A stretch of DNA of 64,000 nt from a virus (IMGVR_UViG_3300028840_008153:99143-163142); one strand, 5' to 3'. Positions 43,399 to 53,389 are shown, numbered from the stretch's first letter. Numbers and translations are program-made. The notes: generated from the sequence alone by a model not told the origin.

Positions 43399-43707
43399 CG
43401 CCAGTTCTCCCGATAGATAAAAGGCGGTACGCCCCCGGCGGGTACGTACCTTTTCAAACGCGGGGTAAACGGCCTCTCGGCCAGGAAAAGGAAAGACACA
43501 AGCCCGAGGATGGAAAGGTCTCTGGAGCGCGGTGTCCGCGCTGCGCTTGTCTGCCCCTTCTGGCTTTCGCCGGGGCAGGAACGAACCCACGCCACATTGG
43601 CATTCGCTCCGGGGCCGGGCGGGCACCGGAGAGAGCGCGAAGCAGCGTGCGTCGTTCGAGCATGTAGGGACCTCCCAGAGTTCCAGAGCCATTATCGGGC
43701 TGACCGA

Positions 43708-44268
43708 TCATGGGTCAACCTTCTTCGGTTCGGGAAGGGAGGTCAGGAAGGGTAACGGGTTCTGTTCGCACTCCACCGAAATGCCGGAGTGCTCAAGGAA
43801 CTCGTTCACCGCTTCATCGGGGTCCTTCGGCATAGGTTCATGAACCATGACCAGCTCCCAATCATCAACCACCTGGAGCTTGAGCTGCTCCCAACACGCC
43901 TGCTCGGTGGCGCCGATGATCAGATCATTGAGGCCGTGCGGGCCGCCGTCCAGGCGCATGATCCAGACGTCGACCTTCTTCGGGCCCACGGTCAGAATCG
44001 AGCCCAGCCGCCTCATGCCGTTGTTGACGAGGCAGTAGAGCGGCTCGTAGAAGATGGGCGTGATGCCCCGGGTGCGCGTGCGGTCGAGTATCGTACGGAA
44101 AGCCCGCAGGTCCAGAATGGTCTGACCCACGGCCTTCACGATGTTGACGCGCTCGGGCGTCGAAGCCTTGTTGGAGCTGATAAGAGCTGCCTGAGACAGG
44201 TCTTTGTTCTTGTTGTTTCCCGCGCGTGGCCTTCTGGTCTTGTTCTTGGAGCCCTTCGGTCTTCCCAC
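43708..44268 (-). CDS. AT-hook-containing protein (about 186 aa, GTG start)
   Basis: No in-frame ATG downstream of the upstream stop; GTG at 44268 with a GGAAG RBS gives (M)GRPKGSKNKTRRPRAGNNKNKD... The GRP core fits an AT-hook. Confidence 0.4.
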   Translation of the reverse strand: MGRPKGSKNKTRRPRAGNNKNKDLSQAALISSNKASTPERVNIVKAVGQTILDLRAFRTILDRTRTRGITPIFYEPLYCLVNNGMRRLGSILTVGPKKVDVWIMRLDGGPHGLNDLIIGATEQACWEQLKLQVVDDWELVMVHEPMPKDPDEAVNEFLEHSGISVECEQNPLPFLTSLPEPKKVDP

Positions 44269-44270
44269 TA

Positions 44271-44522
44271 CTAGGCTTCCCTCCGTATGGGATCGTATTT
44301 CGCCTGTGGACAGCCGTAGTTGTCCAGAAACTGGTCGATGGCGATCTTGCCGTCCGGTCCGAACAGCGTGTGCACGCCGTAAATGCCGCGTTGGCAGCGC
44401 CTGGAAATGATCTCCAGGGCCTTGATGATGGCGTCGGTCTCGTCCCGGCACTCGAAGAAGGACTGGGACTCAACGCCTTCAGCCTGATTGGACAGCTTCA
44501 GTCTATACGAGCGGGATGCCAT
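44271..44522 (-). CDS. Hypothetical protein (83 aa)
   Basis: ORF. Confidence 0.4.
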   Translation of the reverse strand: MASRSYRLKLSNQAEGVESQSFFECRDETDAIIKALEIISRRCQRGIYGVHTLFGPDGKIAIDQFLDNYGCPQAKYDPIRREA

Positions 44523-45000
44523 CGGGCCTCACCTCCACGAAATCACGAACGTCCATTAGTTGACGCCCTGATTCTACCAGACGATAGGAATCTTGTGGAT
44601 CGTCCGGCGTGGAAGCCTCGATGACGGTAGTCTCGATGGCTTGGGTCCAAAAACGATGTGCAGTGTACGGTTCGAGTGTCACGACCGTTCCGGGGTACAT
44701 GATGAAGCCTTTGGGCTCCAGAAAATCGACTGTACCCTCGAAGGGAGTCTTGCGCCCGGGCCGTGGAACGTAAATCTGCAGGAACATCGTTCCACGCGTC
44801 ACGTAGAACGTCTCATTCTTCTGGACGTGGTAGTGGATCGAGCAGGCGTCCACGCCCAAGCTCTCCCGGCAGGGGAGAAGCGTCAACGTCTTGCAGGCGT
44901 ATCCGTTCTCAAAGCAGTCGTGCAGCACACTGCAAATGCAGATCTCGTAGCCCCAGGTTTTCGGAATGAGTTCCGGTTTTCGGAATAGGAATCCGGGCAT
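44503..45000 (-). CDS. Cupin-fold protein
   Basis: ACSIHYHVQKNETFYV...GTVVTLEPYTAHRF metal-binding cupin motifs; trimmed to MPGFLFRKPEL. Confidence 0.5.
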   Translation of the reverse strand: MPGFLFRKPELIPKTWGYEICICSVLHDCFENGYACKTLTLLPCRESLGVDACSIHYHVQKNETFYVTRGTMFLQIYVPRPGRKTPFEGTVDFLEPKGFIMYPGTVVTLEPYTAHRFWTQAIETTVIEASTPDDPQDSYRLVESGRQLMDVRDFVEVRPDGIPLV

Positions 45001-45944
45001 TACGTACTGTCCCTCTTTTCCCAATAGGCTTTAAGCTCTCGGACCCCCTCTTCGTGGAGCCCCCACAGTTCGGCGAACTCCGCCGGCACGTTGGTCCAGA
45101 TCACCTTGAAGTCCCGGTTGACAAACTGGTCGGCCGTGATGACCAGCCGCCCCCGGGACTTCTTTCTCGCAATGCCAAGCTGTCGTCGCCTGAACCACCA
45201 CGCCGCAGCGACCGTCTCGGTGCAGCTGAAGGCCATGTCAAACTCCGCCTTGTGGTTCTGCTCAAGACGGTTGAGTTCGTCAGCCTCGGCGCTTAGCTCG
45301 CGCGTCTCTCCGTTCTCGCGCAGGTGGTTCAGCTCCTCCTGCACGTTGAAGTCAAACAGCGCGTCGTATTTGCAGCCCACCAGTTTGTGCGCCGTCTTTG
45401 CCGCCCGCTCGCACTCGTACTCTTCCATGTGCTTGGGCCGCAGGAAGATCATACGGTCCGCACGAGCGTGAAGAGGATGACGCTCAACCACGCCCTCGCT
45501 GATGGCTTCAACAAGCCTGACAGTGGAAGGATCGTAGATGGGAACGATCGAAGCGGCGTGGCATTCGCCCTTGGCGGGGCCGTGAACGACGATCCCGGCG
45601 TGCTTGAAGCAACCGGGAATCGCCACGTTCGAGAACCAGTAGCCTTTCTTGGTGGCGAGCATGACGTCCCCGGGCTGGAGACGCTTGCACACGTTCAGAA
45701 GGGTCTCAATCTCAACGCTGTAATCGTGGTGGGTCCACGAACATGTCGGGAGAGGCAGGAACCCGAGATAGACCTGCCAGTAGAACTTGACGTCGCCCAG
45801 CCAGAAGGCAAGACGGCGCCAGGCCCGATGGAACCGATAGGAAAGCGTGTTCGGATCGGCGTCGCTCGTACCCCTGCTGATCCAGAGGAACCAGAGCAGC
45901 ACCAATACGGCGACGCCGGCCCCCCACAGCAACACGTTATCCAT
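45000..45944 (-). CDS. Membrane-anchored protein with a possible permuted papain-like (YiiX/PPPDE-like) His...Cys domain
   Basis: N-terminal TM helix; CFKHAGIVVHG region. The papain-like assignment is weak. Confidence 0.45.
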   Translation of the reverse strand: MDNVLLWGAGVAVLVLLWFLWISRGTSDADPNTLSYRFHRAWRRLAFWLGDVKFYWQVYLGFLPLPTCSWTHHDYSVEIETLLNVCKRLQPGDVMLATKKGYWFSNVAIPGCFKHAGIVVHGPAKGECHAASIVPIYDPSTVRLVEAISEGVVERHPLHARADRMIFLRPKHMEEYECERAAKTAHKLVGCKYDALFDFNVQEELNHLRENGETRELSAEADELNRLEQNHKAEFDMAFSCTETVAAAWWFRRRQLGIARKKSRGRLVITADQFVNRDFKVIWTNVPAEFAELWGLHEEGVRELKAYWEKRDST

Positions 45945-46137
45945 GGCTCAACCCTCGGCTAGTTTTGGTGTGCCGACCACCTCCCTGTTTGTCACGTCCT
46001 TGCAACTGCCGTGGCTTTCGTCTTCCGTCTCGCCTTTCTCGGCCAGCATTTTGGCCTCTTCGGAGTTGTCGGCGCGCACCCAATAGGTGGCCGTGTACGT
46101 GCGGGATTCTACCACTGGGACCTCCCAGAGGGGTAGT

Positions 46138-46707
46138 TCATTCTTCAGGGGTTTGGGGCCTCCTGTGCATTGCCTGGTTGACGTCGCTCATGTACCTGCT
46201 GACGACCAGCAAGGCTTCCTGTCGGCTGAAGCCAACTCCCACGAGCTGCTCCTGGTAGCACTTCGCCGTCTGTGCCATGGCCGTGAACATGTCCTTCGAG
46301 TCGGCCAGCACCGAGTATGTCAGCGTGAACAGCGCGTTGGTTGACTCGATCTGGGCCTGTACGGCGTTGGCCGCCTGCTCCATGTCATCGGGAGGCGCTT
46401 CGCCCTCAACCCCCACGAAATTCTGCTCGCCTGCGGACTGGACTACCGTGAAGCGCTCGTTCTTCTCGTCCACGGGCTGGACTTCGAGATCGTCGCGCAG
46501 CCAGATGCCCTCCGTGAGCTTCCTGAACCGGGCAGGGTCGTTGTTGAATTCGGAGATCCGGTTTCGAACCTGTACGTCAGTGTCGACCGAAGGGTCGACA
46601 TCAAAAACCTTGCAGACGCCTTCGGGGTTGAGGCCCCGATCGTAGGCATGGGCGGGAAGCCCTTCGAGGCCGTACACGGACACGCGGGGGGTTTGATCAA
46701 CGGGCAT
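46138..46707 (-). CDS. Hypothetical protein (about 189 aa)
   Basis: Trimmed to MPVDQTPRVSVYG... with an AAAGGAGAAA RBS. Confidence 0.5.
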   Translation of the reverse strand: MPVDQTPRVSVYGLEGLPAHAYDRGLNPEGVCKVFDVDPSVDTDVQVRNRISEFNNDPARFRKLTEGIWLRDDLEVQPVDEKNERFTVVQSAGEQNFVGVEGEAPPDDMEQAANAVQAQIESTNALFTLTYSVLADSKDMFTAMAQTAKCYQEQLVGVGFSRQEALLVVSRYMSDVNQAMHRRPQTPEE

Positions 46708-46768
46708 GAGTTTCTCCTTTGTTATCGGTTGTACTGATAACCTAAGAGAAACTTTGGGAAAGTCAAGG

Positions 46769-47008
46769 TCAATCGTCGGGAGCCGGCGGGCACTCATTGA
46801 CGGCGATGCTGCGGTTGGCGTCAGCAACCGCGCTCAGGACATGGCGGATCGCCACCGTGGTGTCGGCGCTCTGCGGACAGTTCATCAGAATGGTCCGTGC
46901 CAGCTCCCTGCCTGCGGCGCGGATCTTCTTGAATTTCGGAAGCGCTTCCGGCGTGGGCTTGTGGTAGACAAAGTAATTGTCGAGATCTTCCAGCGTGAAA
47001 CCCGGCAT
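46769..47008 (-). CDS. Hypothetical protein (79 aa)
   Basis: ORF. Confidence 0.35.
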   Translation of the reverse strand: MPGFTLEDLDNYFVYHKPTPEALPKFKKIRAAGRELARTILMNCPQSADTTVAIRHVLSAVADANRSIAVNECPPAPDD

Positions 47009-47018
47009 TGCCCTCTCC

Positions 47019-47924
47019 TTAAAGTGGGGTGGACTCCTTCAAAGCTCCCTGAAACATGTGCTGCGCCACGAACGCAGCCTGTTCCGGCGCGTTTGAGAGC
47101 GCGCAAAATACCACGGGCGCTCCGCAACTGATAGGTCTCGTGTCCGTCTTTTTGCCCGGATGTGGTGCCCAGACTTTGTAGCAGGCCAGCGTTGGGGTCT
47201 TGAAGATCGCCGCCCACAACGTCATGCCGGTCGCCCCACCCACGTACACATTCGCCTGGTTAATGATCGCCAGACTCTTCATGGGATTCAGGTTCTCGTG
47301 CCAGAGCGGGTAGACACCATCTGGCGTCCCCATGCGCTCGGCGGACTCCTTCGTGCCGACGATCACCGTAGGCACGGCGCAGCCCAACTTGAAGCAGACG
47401 GTATGCCACCACTGGGGTGACTGATTGCGGTAAGTATCGTAGCCCGCGTCGAACAGTGGGCTGACGACGGCGAAGGGCCGGGGCACCTTATACTTGTCCA
47501 GCAGCTCGTTGGCCCGAGCCGTCGCGTCCGGCGTTGGCTGGATCTTGGGGTCCACGGTGCGATGCTTCATGAGCCACAGCCATATGCGCCACATCGTGAC
47601 GTGGTAGAGCCGCTGGCCCTCGGGCGCAGGCAGCTGTTCTTCGAGCTTGGTCACGGTGATCAGGTCGTCAGCAATGCCGTCAAACAGCCACGTGCCGGGC
47701 AGATACCGGGAAGCCTCAGTGCCCGGCCTCATTGAATCCTCGTAGACGGTGAGCTTCCGTGCCGGGTTCTTGTGGCGCCAATCAGCGAGCCACAAATAGG
47801 CCGCAGCCCGGTCACCCATGCGAAATGCCTGCCCGTACCAGAAGGCTCCGGGCGGCGGGAACCGGCGCGCCATGTCGAACCACGCCGGGTTCAATGTTCG
47901 ATTGCCCAAGCGGGTGCGGAGCAC
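47019..47924 (-). CDS. Glycosyltransferase, GT9-like (low confidence)
   Basis: NQANVYVGGATGMTLWAAIF region resembles the GT9 C-terminal donor-binding segment. Confidence 0.45.
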   Translation of the reverse strand: MLRTRLGNRTLNPAWFDMARRFPPPGAFWYGQAFRMGDRAAAYLWLADWRHKNPARKLTVYEDSMRPGTEASRYLPGTWLFDGIADDLITVTKLEEQLPAPEGQRLYHVTMWRIWLWLMKHRTVDPKIQPTPDATARANELLDKYKVPRPFAVVSPLFDAGYDTYRNQSPQWWHTVCFKLGCAVPTVIVGTKESAERMGTPDGVYPLWHENLNPMKSLAIINQANVYVGGATGMTLWAAIFKTPTLACYKVWAPHPGKKTDTRPISCGAPVVFCALSNAPEQAAFVAQHMFQGALKESTPL

Positions 47925-47933
47925 AACGATCTC

Positions 47934-48638
47934 CTATACTGAGGCTTTCAGGCTCTGCCAGAGGCCGGAGGTAGGGCCGAATGCGTACGTCAGGATGTTC
48001 GGCTGCCCGTCGAGCTGGCCTCGAATGGTGTCCTCGACGGGCCCGTGCCGAATCAATGTGTGCTGGCGGAAAAGGGCCCGCAGCGAGGCCGGGCAGAAGT
48101 AATGCAGATGCTCGCCCGGCCGATAATGTCGCCAATCAAGGTTGTGCGGAAAGGTCGTGGGTCTGGCGGGAGTCGACACAATGATGTGGATGCTGCGGGC
48201 CGCAAGGTCTTTGATCGGGGCGAGGTCATCGAAGTGTTCGAGCGAGTCAAAGAGCGTGACCACGTCCCAAAGCCCCTGGTCGAGGGTCACTTCCTTGACG
48301 CCGTACTTCTCGCCGCAGCCATGAACGTCATAGCCGTAGGCAGCAAAGCCGGCCTTCTTGGCGGTGTGGATGAAGGAGCCGTTGCCGTATCCCACGTCCA
48401 ACAACCGCTTTCCCTCGGCGAACGCCTGGACGAAGCCCAGGCGCAGATGCGACATGCGCTGCACGTCCTCGCCGTAGCTGTCGTACCGCTCGGCTACGTA
48501 CTGCGCGTTGTACGCCTTTCTGATTTCCAGCGGGTCCTGCCATATGTGCGCGCACTTCTGACAGGTGAGCAAGCGATCGGAGCCGTTGCGCTGGCCGGCC
48601 TCCAATGGTTCTGTGTCGCAGATGGGGCAGTTTGACAT
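47934..48638 (-). CDS. Class I SAM-dependent methyltransferase with an N-terminal Zn-ribbon
   Basis: CPICD...CQKCAH; LLDVGYGNGSF (motif I). Confidence 0.6.
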   Translation of the reverse strand: MSNCPICDTEPLEAGQRNGSDRLLTCQKCAHIWQDPLEIRKAYNAQYVAERYDSYGEDVQRMSHLRLGFVQAFAEGKRLLDVGYGNGSFIHTAKKAGFAAYGYDVHGCGEKYGVKEVTLDQGLWDVVTLFDSLEHFDDLAPIKDLAARSIHIIVSTPARPTTFPHNLDWRHYRPGEHLHYFCPASLRALFRQHTLIRHGPVEDTIRGQLDGQPNILTYAFGPTSGLWQSLKASV

Positions 48639-48715
48639 GCGGGCTCCTTCATCGACCTGACCAATACCTGAGACTGAAGTTTTACCTCGAATTGGGCCAA
48701 ATAGGTAGTCAGAAA

Positions 48716-49402
48716 TCAGGGTTCGTCGTCGCGTTTAGCCCAAGCGTCGTGCCCACACTTCAAGAACAGGGCGTCGTCCGTCTCCACGATAAGGTCCAAC
48801 AGCTCCTTCTGCAGCCCGTGGCCGGCGTCACCGATTGCCTCTGCCAGCAGCTTGGACTCCCCCAGATACTTCGCCAGGAAGGCATCGGGAGCGTCGTCCA
48901 TTTCCCGCAGGTTGTCGATGCGGTCGATGAGTTTGATGAGCTTCGCCTCCCTCGGAGCCTCCGCCGCGTGGTCCCGGTCTAACTCCTTGCGCTCCGCCCG
49001 AGGCAGATCCCCTCGCTGCTTCGAAGGGTTGGTCAGCCATCGAACAAGATCGCAGACCCTCGCTCCGAACGTCGAAGAGATCACATCAAGATCAACGTCC
49101 TCACAGTCCTCAACGGTGTCATGAAGCAACGCTGCAATACACATGGTGATCGTGTGGTCCGGCAACATCATCACGCGGGAGCACACGCGGATCGGATGGG
49201 TCACGAACGGAGCCCCGCCGTACTTCCGAACCTGCCCGGCGTGGTGCTTGTGCGCGAAATTCAAAGCGGCGTACATGAGGTTCTCCTCCGGCTGCTTCTC
49301 AACACACTCCGGGCACGACACGTAGGCACGAACCGTTACTTCTTTGCCCACGTCGTTGGAAACTCGACTGCCGCAACGGAAACAGCGTACGTATGTGGCC
49401 AT
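48716..49402 (-). CDS. HD-domain (p)ppGpp hydrolase-like (SpoT/Mesh1-type) with an N-terminal Zn-ribbon
   Basis: CFRCG...CPEC; HKHH...AALLHDTVEDC (RelA/SpoT HD signature HDxxED). Confidence 0.65.
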   Translation of the reverse strand: MATYVRCFRCGSRVSNDVGKEVTVRAYVSCPECVEKQPEENLMYAALNFAHKHHAGQVRKYGGAPFVTHPIRVCSRVMMLPDHTITMCIAALLHDTVEDCEDVDLDVISSTFGARVCDLVRWLTNPSKQRGDLPRAERKELDRDHAAEAPREAKLIKLIDRIDNLREMDDAPDAFLAKYLGESKLLAEAIGDAGHGLQKELLDLIVETDDALFLKCGHDAWAKRDDEP

Positions 49403-49427
49403 AACCCCTCCATTTCGGAATCGGTTC

Positions 49428-50297
49428 CTATCTCTTGGCGATCCAGTACGGCCTGAACTTGAGGGGTACGCGGTACTGGCGCCCCCGGTAATTCACGCGC
49501 ACGAGCTGGCAGTTGATCGTATCGTTTGTCAAGAACGTGCCCTGGGGGTTGATGGGCAAGATACACTTTGCCCACCGGACGCCCTCATAGACACTCTTTA
49601 TTTGGCCTGTTGAGGAGAGCCGCAGTATCTTGCTCTGCTCCGAGGAGGCCACCAGCCAATCGCCACGAGGCAGCTGGACCGGACAGTGGATGAACTCGAA
49701 AGGCGGGCCGGCAAACGCCTGGACATTCTCCAGTTTCCTGTTCACAACGAGTATGGACCCCCGCTTCAGGTCCTTTCGCAGCTTGAACAGCGACAGCACC
49801 CAGCGGTCCTTGTCCAGCCGGTGCGCGTAGTTCACGTGCACCTGATGCTGGTCGGCCGTTTCGTGAATCCAGCCCCGGTTCTCTTCCCGCCTTTCAGCCA
49901 GCACGGGACCGAAGTCGGCGATCTTGCAGTTCCAGTAGAACCCGCCGGGGACCTTCTCGCCGTCCCACCCGATCTCGGTGACCTCATCAAATCCCGTGTT
50001 GGTCACCAGCAGTCCGTCCCCGGCAGGTTCCACGTAGTGAATGTCGTTGAACCACGAGAGCGACAGGCGCTTGCGCGGCTTGAACTCCAGATCCAGCTCC
50101 ATGATCTCGTAGAGGCCGCACACGAGATACCCGTCGGGGAGCGTGACCACGCTCATGGCACACGCCCCCCGCTCGGGGTTCTTCGGATTCCCCTGGATTG
50201 CCCAGTGCTTCAAAGGAAGGTGGATGATGTCCTGGTGTACCAGGGAATCCGAGAAGATGTGAAGCCTCGTCCGGTAATGCTCGCTGACAATGATCAC
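49428..50297 (-). CDS. Hypothetical protein (about 289 aa, GTG start)
   Basis: GTG at 50297 preceded by AAGGAG at 5 nt. The track ORF start at 50357 overlaps the upstream gene by 58 nt. Confidence 0.45.
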   Translation of the reverse strand: MIIVSEHYRTRLHIFSDSLVHQDIIHLPLKHWAIQGNPKNPERGACAMSVVTLPDGYLVCGLYEIMELDLEFKPRKRLSLSWFNDIHYVEPAGDGLLVTNTGFDEVTEIGWDGEKVPGGFYWNCKIADFGPVLAERREENRGWIHETADQHQVHVNYAHRLDKDRWVLSLFKLRKDLKRGSILVVNRKLENVQAFAGPPFEFIHCPVQLPRGDWLVASSEQSKILRLSSTGQIKSVYEGVRWAKCILPINPQGTFLTNDTINCQLVRVNYRGRQYRVPLKFRPYWIAKR

Positions 50298-50299
50298 GG

Positions 50300-50902
50300 C
50301 TACTCCTTGGAAAGGGCCAGATCGGCTAAGGGGAAGCGCGCCCCGCAATTGGTGCACATCACGACCTCATCCGTCGTGGAGCAGTCGTTCATCTCCGGCG
50401 GAACCCGGGAGGGCACCTCAGCGTCCTTGACCTCAAAGCCGTCGGGGTGCAAAGGTGAATTCGGGATGATCCTTTCACCGGTAACGAGCAGGGTCGCACC
50501 AACGACGAGCAGAGAAACCTCAGTGCAGGTTGGACAAGTATGACGCCACTGCGCCCATTTGTCCCGGCGCTCGGCCGCTGCCTTCTCGGTGAAGCTCTCC
50601 GGGTAGCGCTCCTTCAGTTTGTCGATGTTCTCCTTCATCGTCTTTTCCAGGTCGAAGCCGGTGGCGTTGGCCACCAGCGCGATGTACCACATCAGGTCAC
50701 CGATCTCCTCCCTGATGTTTGTTGAATCCAGCGGCTGCCCGTAAAAGACGTGTTTGTAGATCGCGCTCCACAGCTCGCCGGCCTCTTCCGAGATGCCCAT
50801 GGCCCCGTGGATCAGCCGGGCGTTATTGGTCAGCCGCCGGGCCACGTCCTTCGTGATCGGCGCCTCCGTCCGCGCCGCCAGGTCCTGGTATCTCTGGCTC
50901 AT
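50300..50902 (-). CDS. MazG-like NTP pyrophosphohydrolase with a C-terminal Zn-ribbon
   Basis: EEAGELWSAIYK ... EEIGDLMWYIA; CPTC...CTNCG. Confidence 0.65.
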   Translation of the reverse strand: MSQRYQDLAARTEAPITKDVARRLTNNARLIHGAMGISEEAGELWSAIYKHVFYGQPLDSTNIREEIGDLMWYIALVANATGFDLEKTMKENIDKLKERYPESFTEKAAAERRDKWAQWRHTCPTCTEVSLLVVGATLLVTGERIIPNSPLHPDGFEVKDAEVPSRVPPEMNDCSTTDEVVMCTNCGARFPLADLALSKE

Positions 50903-51182
50903 CCTTCCCTCCGTAAGCTGTGATGATGGTGCGGTTGTCCCCGCCTCTCAACAGGAGAACCCACTTGGCAAAGGGCATGCCCAGCGGGCACCGCGCCTTG
51001 ATCAAGTGATGCTCGTTGTACTTCTTGAGGCCCTCTTCATGCTCGGGCGCGCACTTGGGGCAATACGCGTAGCTGCCCACGAGAATGCCGCCGCTGTCAG
51101 GCTTGCCTTTATACTCCTCGTTGCAAAGATCGCACACGACGGAGTCTTCATGATCGATGACTGTCACTCGTCTCATGCTCAT
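50823..51182 (-). CDS. Cys-rich protein (about 119 aa)
   Basis: Trimmed to MSMRRVTVIDHEDSVVCDLCNEEYKGK...CPKC. Confidence 0.35.
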   Translation of the reverse strand: MSMRRVTVIDHEDSVVCDLCNEEYKGKPDSGGILVGSYAYCPKCAPEHEEGLKKYNEHHLIKARCPLGMPFAKWVLLLRGGDNRTIITAYGGKDEPEIPGPGGADGGADHEGRGPAADQ

Positions 51183-51190
51183 GACAGCTC

Positions 51191-51451
51191 CTATTTGTTG
51201 TACCAGACCACGTGCGTGGCCCAACTCGGCGGCGTCCTCTTGATCACCGTGATGTCCGACGGGAGGATCTCCGACCGGCTCTCGCCGGTATCGGTCGCCA
51301 GCCGTCCAAAGCCGTCGTAGTCGATGAAGTCGTGATCGCGCACGTACCCCAAAAACTCCTGCATGGGCATGTGATGCCCGCCGCAGGAGGAAACATCCTT
51401 CAGGTTTTCCGGCACTTCGGCCGGCCAATCGCATGTCGTGCCCATTACCAA
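51191..51451 (-). CDS. Hypothetical protein (86 aa)
   Basis: ORF. Confidence 0.35.
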   Translation of the reverse strand: MVMGTTCDWPAEVPENLKDVSSCGGHHMPMQEFLGYVRDHDFIDYDGFGRLATDTGESRSEILPSDITVIKRTPPSWATHVVWYNK

Positions 51452-51705
51452 ACCACCTCCCCCTTCGCGTCAGGTTTCCGGTCGTTCAGGTAGGCGTCGA
51501 AAGCCTCGATGAACTTGAGAGTCTTCTTGAAATGCTCGTCCGCTATCTGGATCTTGCGGTCGGGGTCGTCCGTCATCCAGAACCGGTTAGCGGCCTTTCG
51601 GGTCTTGTGGTGCAGAAGGCCAACGCCTTCCCGCACGCGAGGGTCGGTCTCGGTCGAGCCGCACCCCGCCAGTAACAGAACGCCAAGCCAAAGCCACCGC
51701 TTCAT
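51445..51705 (-). CDS. Lipoprotein (86 aa)
   Basis: MKRWLWLGVLLLAGCGS lipobox. Confidence 0.45.
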   Translation of the reverse strand: MKRWLWLGVLLLAGCGSTETDPRVREGVGLLHHKTRKAANRFWMTDDPDRKIQIADEHFKKTLKFIEAFDAYLNDRKPDAKGEVVW

Positions 51706-52190
51706 CAGTCGACGCTTCCCTCCATCAAGAAAATGGGTTGATCGCCCTTCTTGACCGCGTACTTGGGGACTTCAATCTGTACGCCGTCTGTAAGAAAGAG
51801 CCTGTATGCTCCGACGCTGGTGTTCTCAATACGCTTGATTACGCTGCCCGAAAGATCGTGTTCCCCCAGACACGCACGCAGCTCCCTGACCGTAGGCCCA
51901 CGAAGCCCGCCACGAACCCAGTAGTTATCGTCGTCTTCGTGCGTTTTCGTAGTCTTATCATGGATGAGCTTGAGGTCCTCCCAAACCTCCCGAAGCACGC
52001 GGAGCGCGTCCTGCGTAGGCGTATTGAGCCGGTCACACAGGCTGTCCACTTCCGCGTTCGTATACGGTTCCACGTCACCGAAATGTTCGGGCATTCGTGT
52101 ACGTGCTCCGTGAACTCCGTCATGATTCAGGATTTCTTCCTGCCAAAAATGCAGAGCCGCTAGCACGTTGGCTATATCTCTTTGTGTCAT
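51705..52190 (-). CDS. Hypothetical protein (161 aa)
   Basis: ORF with GAGGAGAAGG RBS. Confidence 0.4.
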   Translation of the reverse strand: MTQRDIANVLAALHFWQEEILNHDGVHGARTRMPEHFGDVEPYTNAEVDSLCDRLNTPTQDALRVLREVWEDLKLIHDKTTKTHEDDDNYWVRGGLRGPTVRELRACLGEHDLSGSVIKRIENTSVGAYRLFLTDGVQIEVPKYAVKKGDQPIFLMEGSVD

Positions 52191-52277
52191 GCCTTCTCCT
52201 CAAAACAGCCCTGACGCCGCCCCGGAGGGGATGGGTGGTACGGCGCCAGGGCGCTGCGAGCCATTAGGCCCGCAGGA

Positions 52278-53279
52278 TTATTTGGGTTTTTCGCCGAGAT
52301 GCATCAAGGGGATAGGGGCAGGACTACTCCCATTCAGGAAGTAGATCTTGGCTGCTGGATCTTTACCCATAGCCCCAAGAGCCTTAAGTGCTTCCAGCTG
52401 AAGAAAGGCCGGGTTCTGTGCGATGGCCTTGTTGATCTGAGTGATCTCATAAGCCTTCGCGTCCGCCAGGATCTTCTGCTTCTCGGCGGTCAGCGCGGCA
52501 GCGTCCTTGTCGGCCTCGGCCTTGGTGATGACCGCCTGCTTCTCAGCCTCGGCGGTCTTCACCTTCTTCTGCTGCTCCGTCTCGAACCGGCGCAGCTCAG
52601 CCTTCTCCTTCTCGGCCTCCTGGTCCCGTTTCTTCTTGGCCTCGACCCCCAATCGGATGGTCGCAGGCAGCTCGATGTTGCGAATCAGGACCGCCGTGAT
52701 GTCAAAACCGCGCGGGCCAACCTTCGTCTTCAACGTCTCAAGGATCGACGACTGAAGGTTGGTTTGCACCCGCTCAGTGAAGAAGTCCTCTGACTTCTCC
52801 ACGGCCTTTCCCTGTTCCCGCAACACGCTGCGCAGCGTCGGGACCAGATGGATGTTCAGAACGTCCTCGGCCGTGCCCGTCTCATTCAGGATCTGGGGCG
52901 TGGCGGTCATCTGGACGTTGTACTGGATGCTCACATCGAACTTCGTGAGCAGTTGATCCTTCGAAGGTACGGCCATCGTCTCTTTGTGCGTCTTCTGACG
53001 ACAGTCGTATTGAACCCAATCGAGCAGCGGGTTTTCCAGGTGAACCCCCGGCTTGCGGGGCTCGGGCTGGACGCTGCCGAAGAGCACGCCCACGCCCGAA
53101 TGCCCCGGCTCGATCGTGATCACGCACGCCAGAACAAACATCAGGGCAGTGAGCCCGGCAAAGGCAAACGTGGCCCACTTGCCCACGCGCTTCAGGTCCG
53201 CAGGATGGGTCAAAAACCACACCCCGGCAGCCAGAAGCGTCAGTATGGCAAAAACTACGGGAACACCAATGCTAATCAT
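52278..53279 (-). CDS. SPFH/band-7 (HflK/C-, prohibitin-like) membrane protein
   Basis: N-terminal TM helices, a band-7 core and a long Ala/Glu/Lys-rich coiled-coil C-terminus. Confidence 0.6.
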   Translation of the reverse strand: MISIGVPVVFAILTLLAAGVWFLTHPADLKRVGKWATFAFAGLTALMFVLACVITIEPGHSGVGVLFGSVQPEPRKPGVHLENPLLDWVQYDCRQKTHKETMAVPSKDQLLTKFDVSIQYNVQMTATPQILNETGTAEDVLNIHLVPTLRSVLREQGKAVEKSEDFFTERVQTNLQSSILETLKTKVGPRGFDITAVLIRNIELPATIRLGVEAKKKRDQEAEKEKAELRRFETEQQKKVKTAEAEKQAVITKAEADKDAAALTAEKQKILADAKAYEITQINKAIAQNPAFLQLEALKALGAMGKDPAAKIYFLNGSSPAPIPLMHLGEKPK

Positions 53280-53389
53280 TACTCCCTCCTCGCTGGAGCG
53301 GAAACGTTTACCGCCCAGACCCAAGTCCAGGCGCTTCGGTCTCGTTGATGCGCTGAGAGGCGCGTGGACTTGTGGTGGGAGAACGAATG

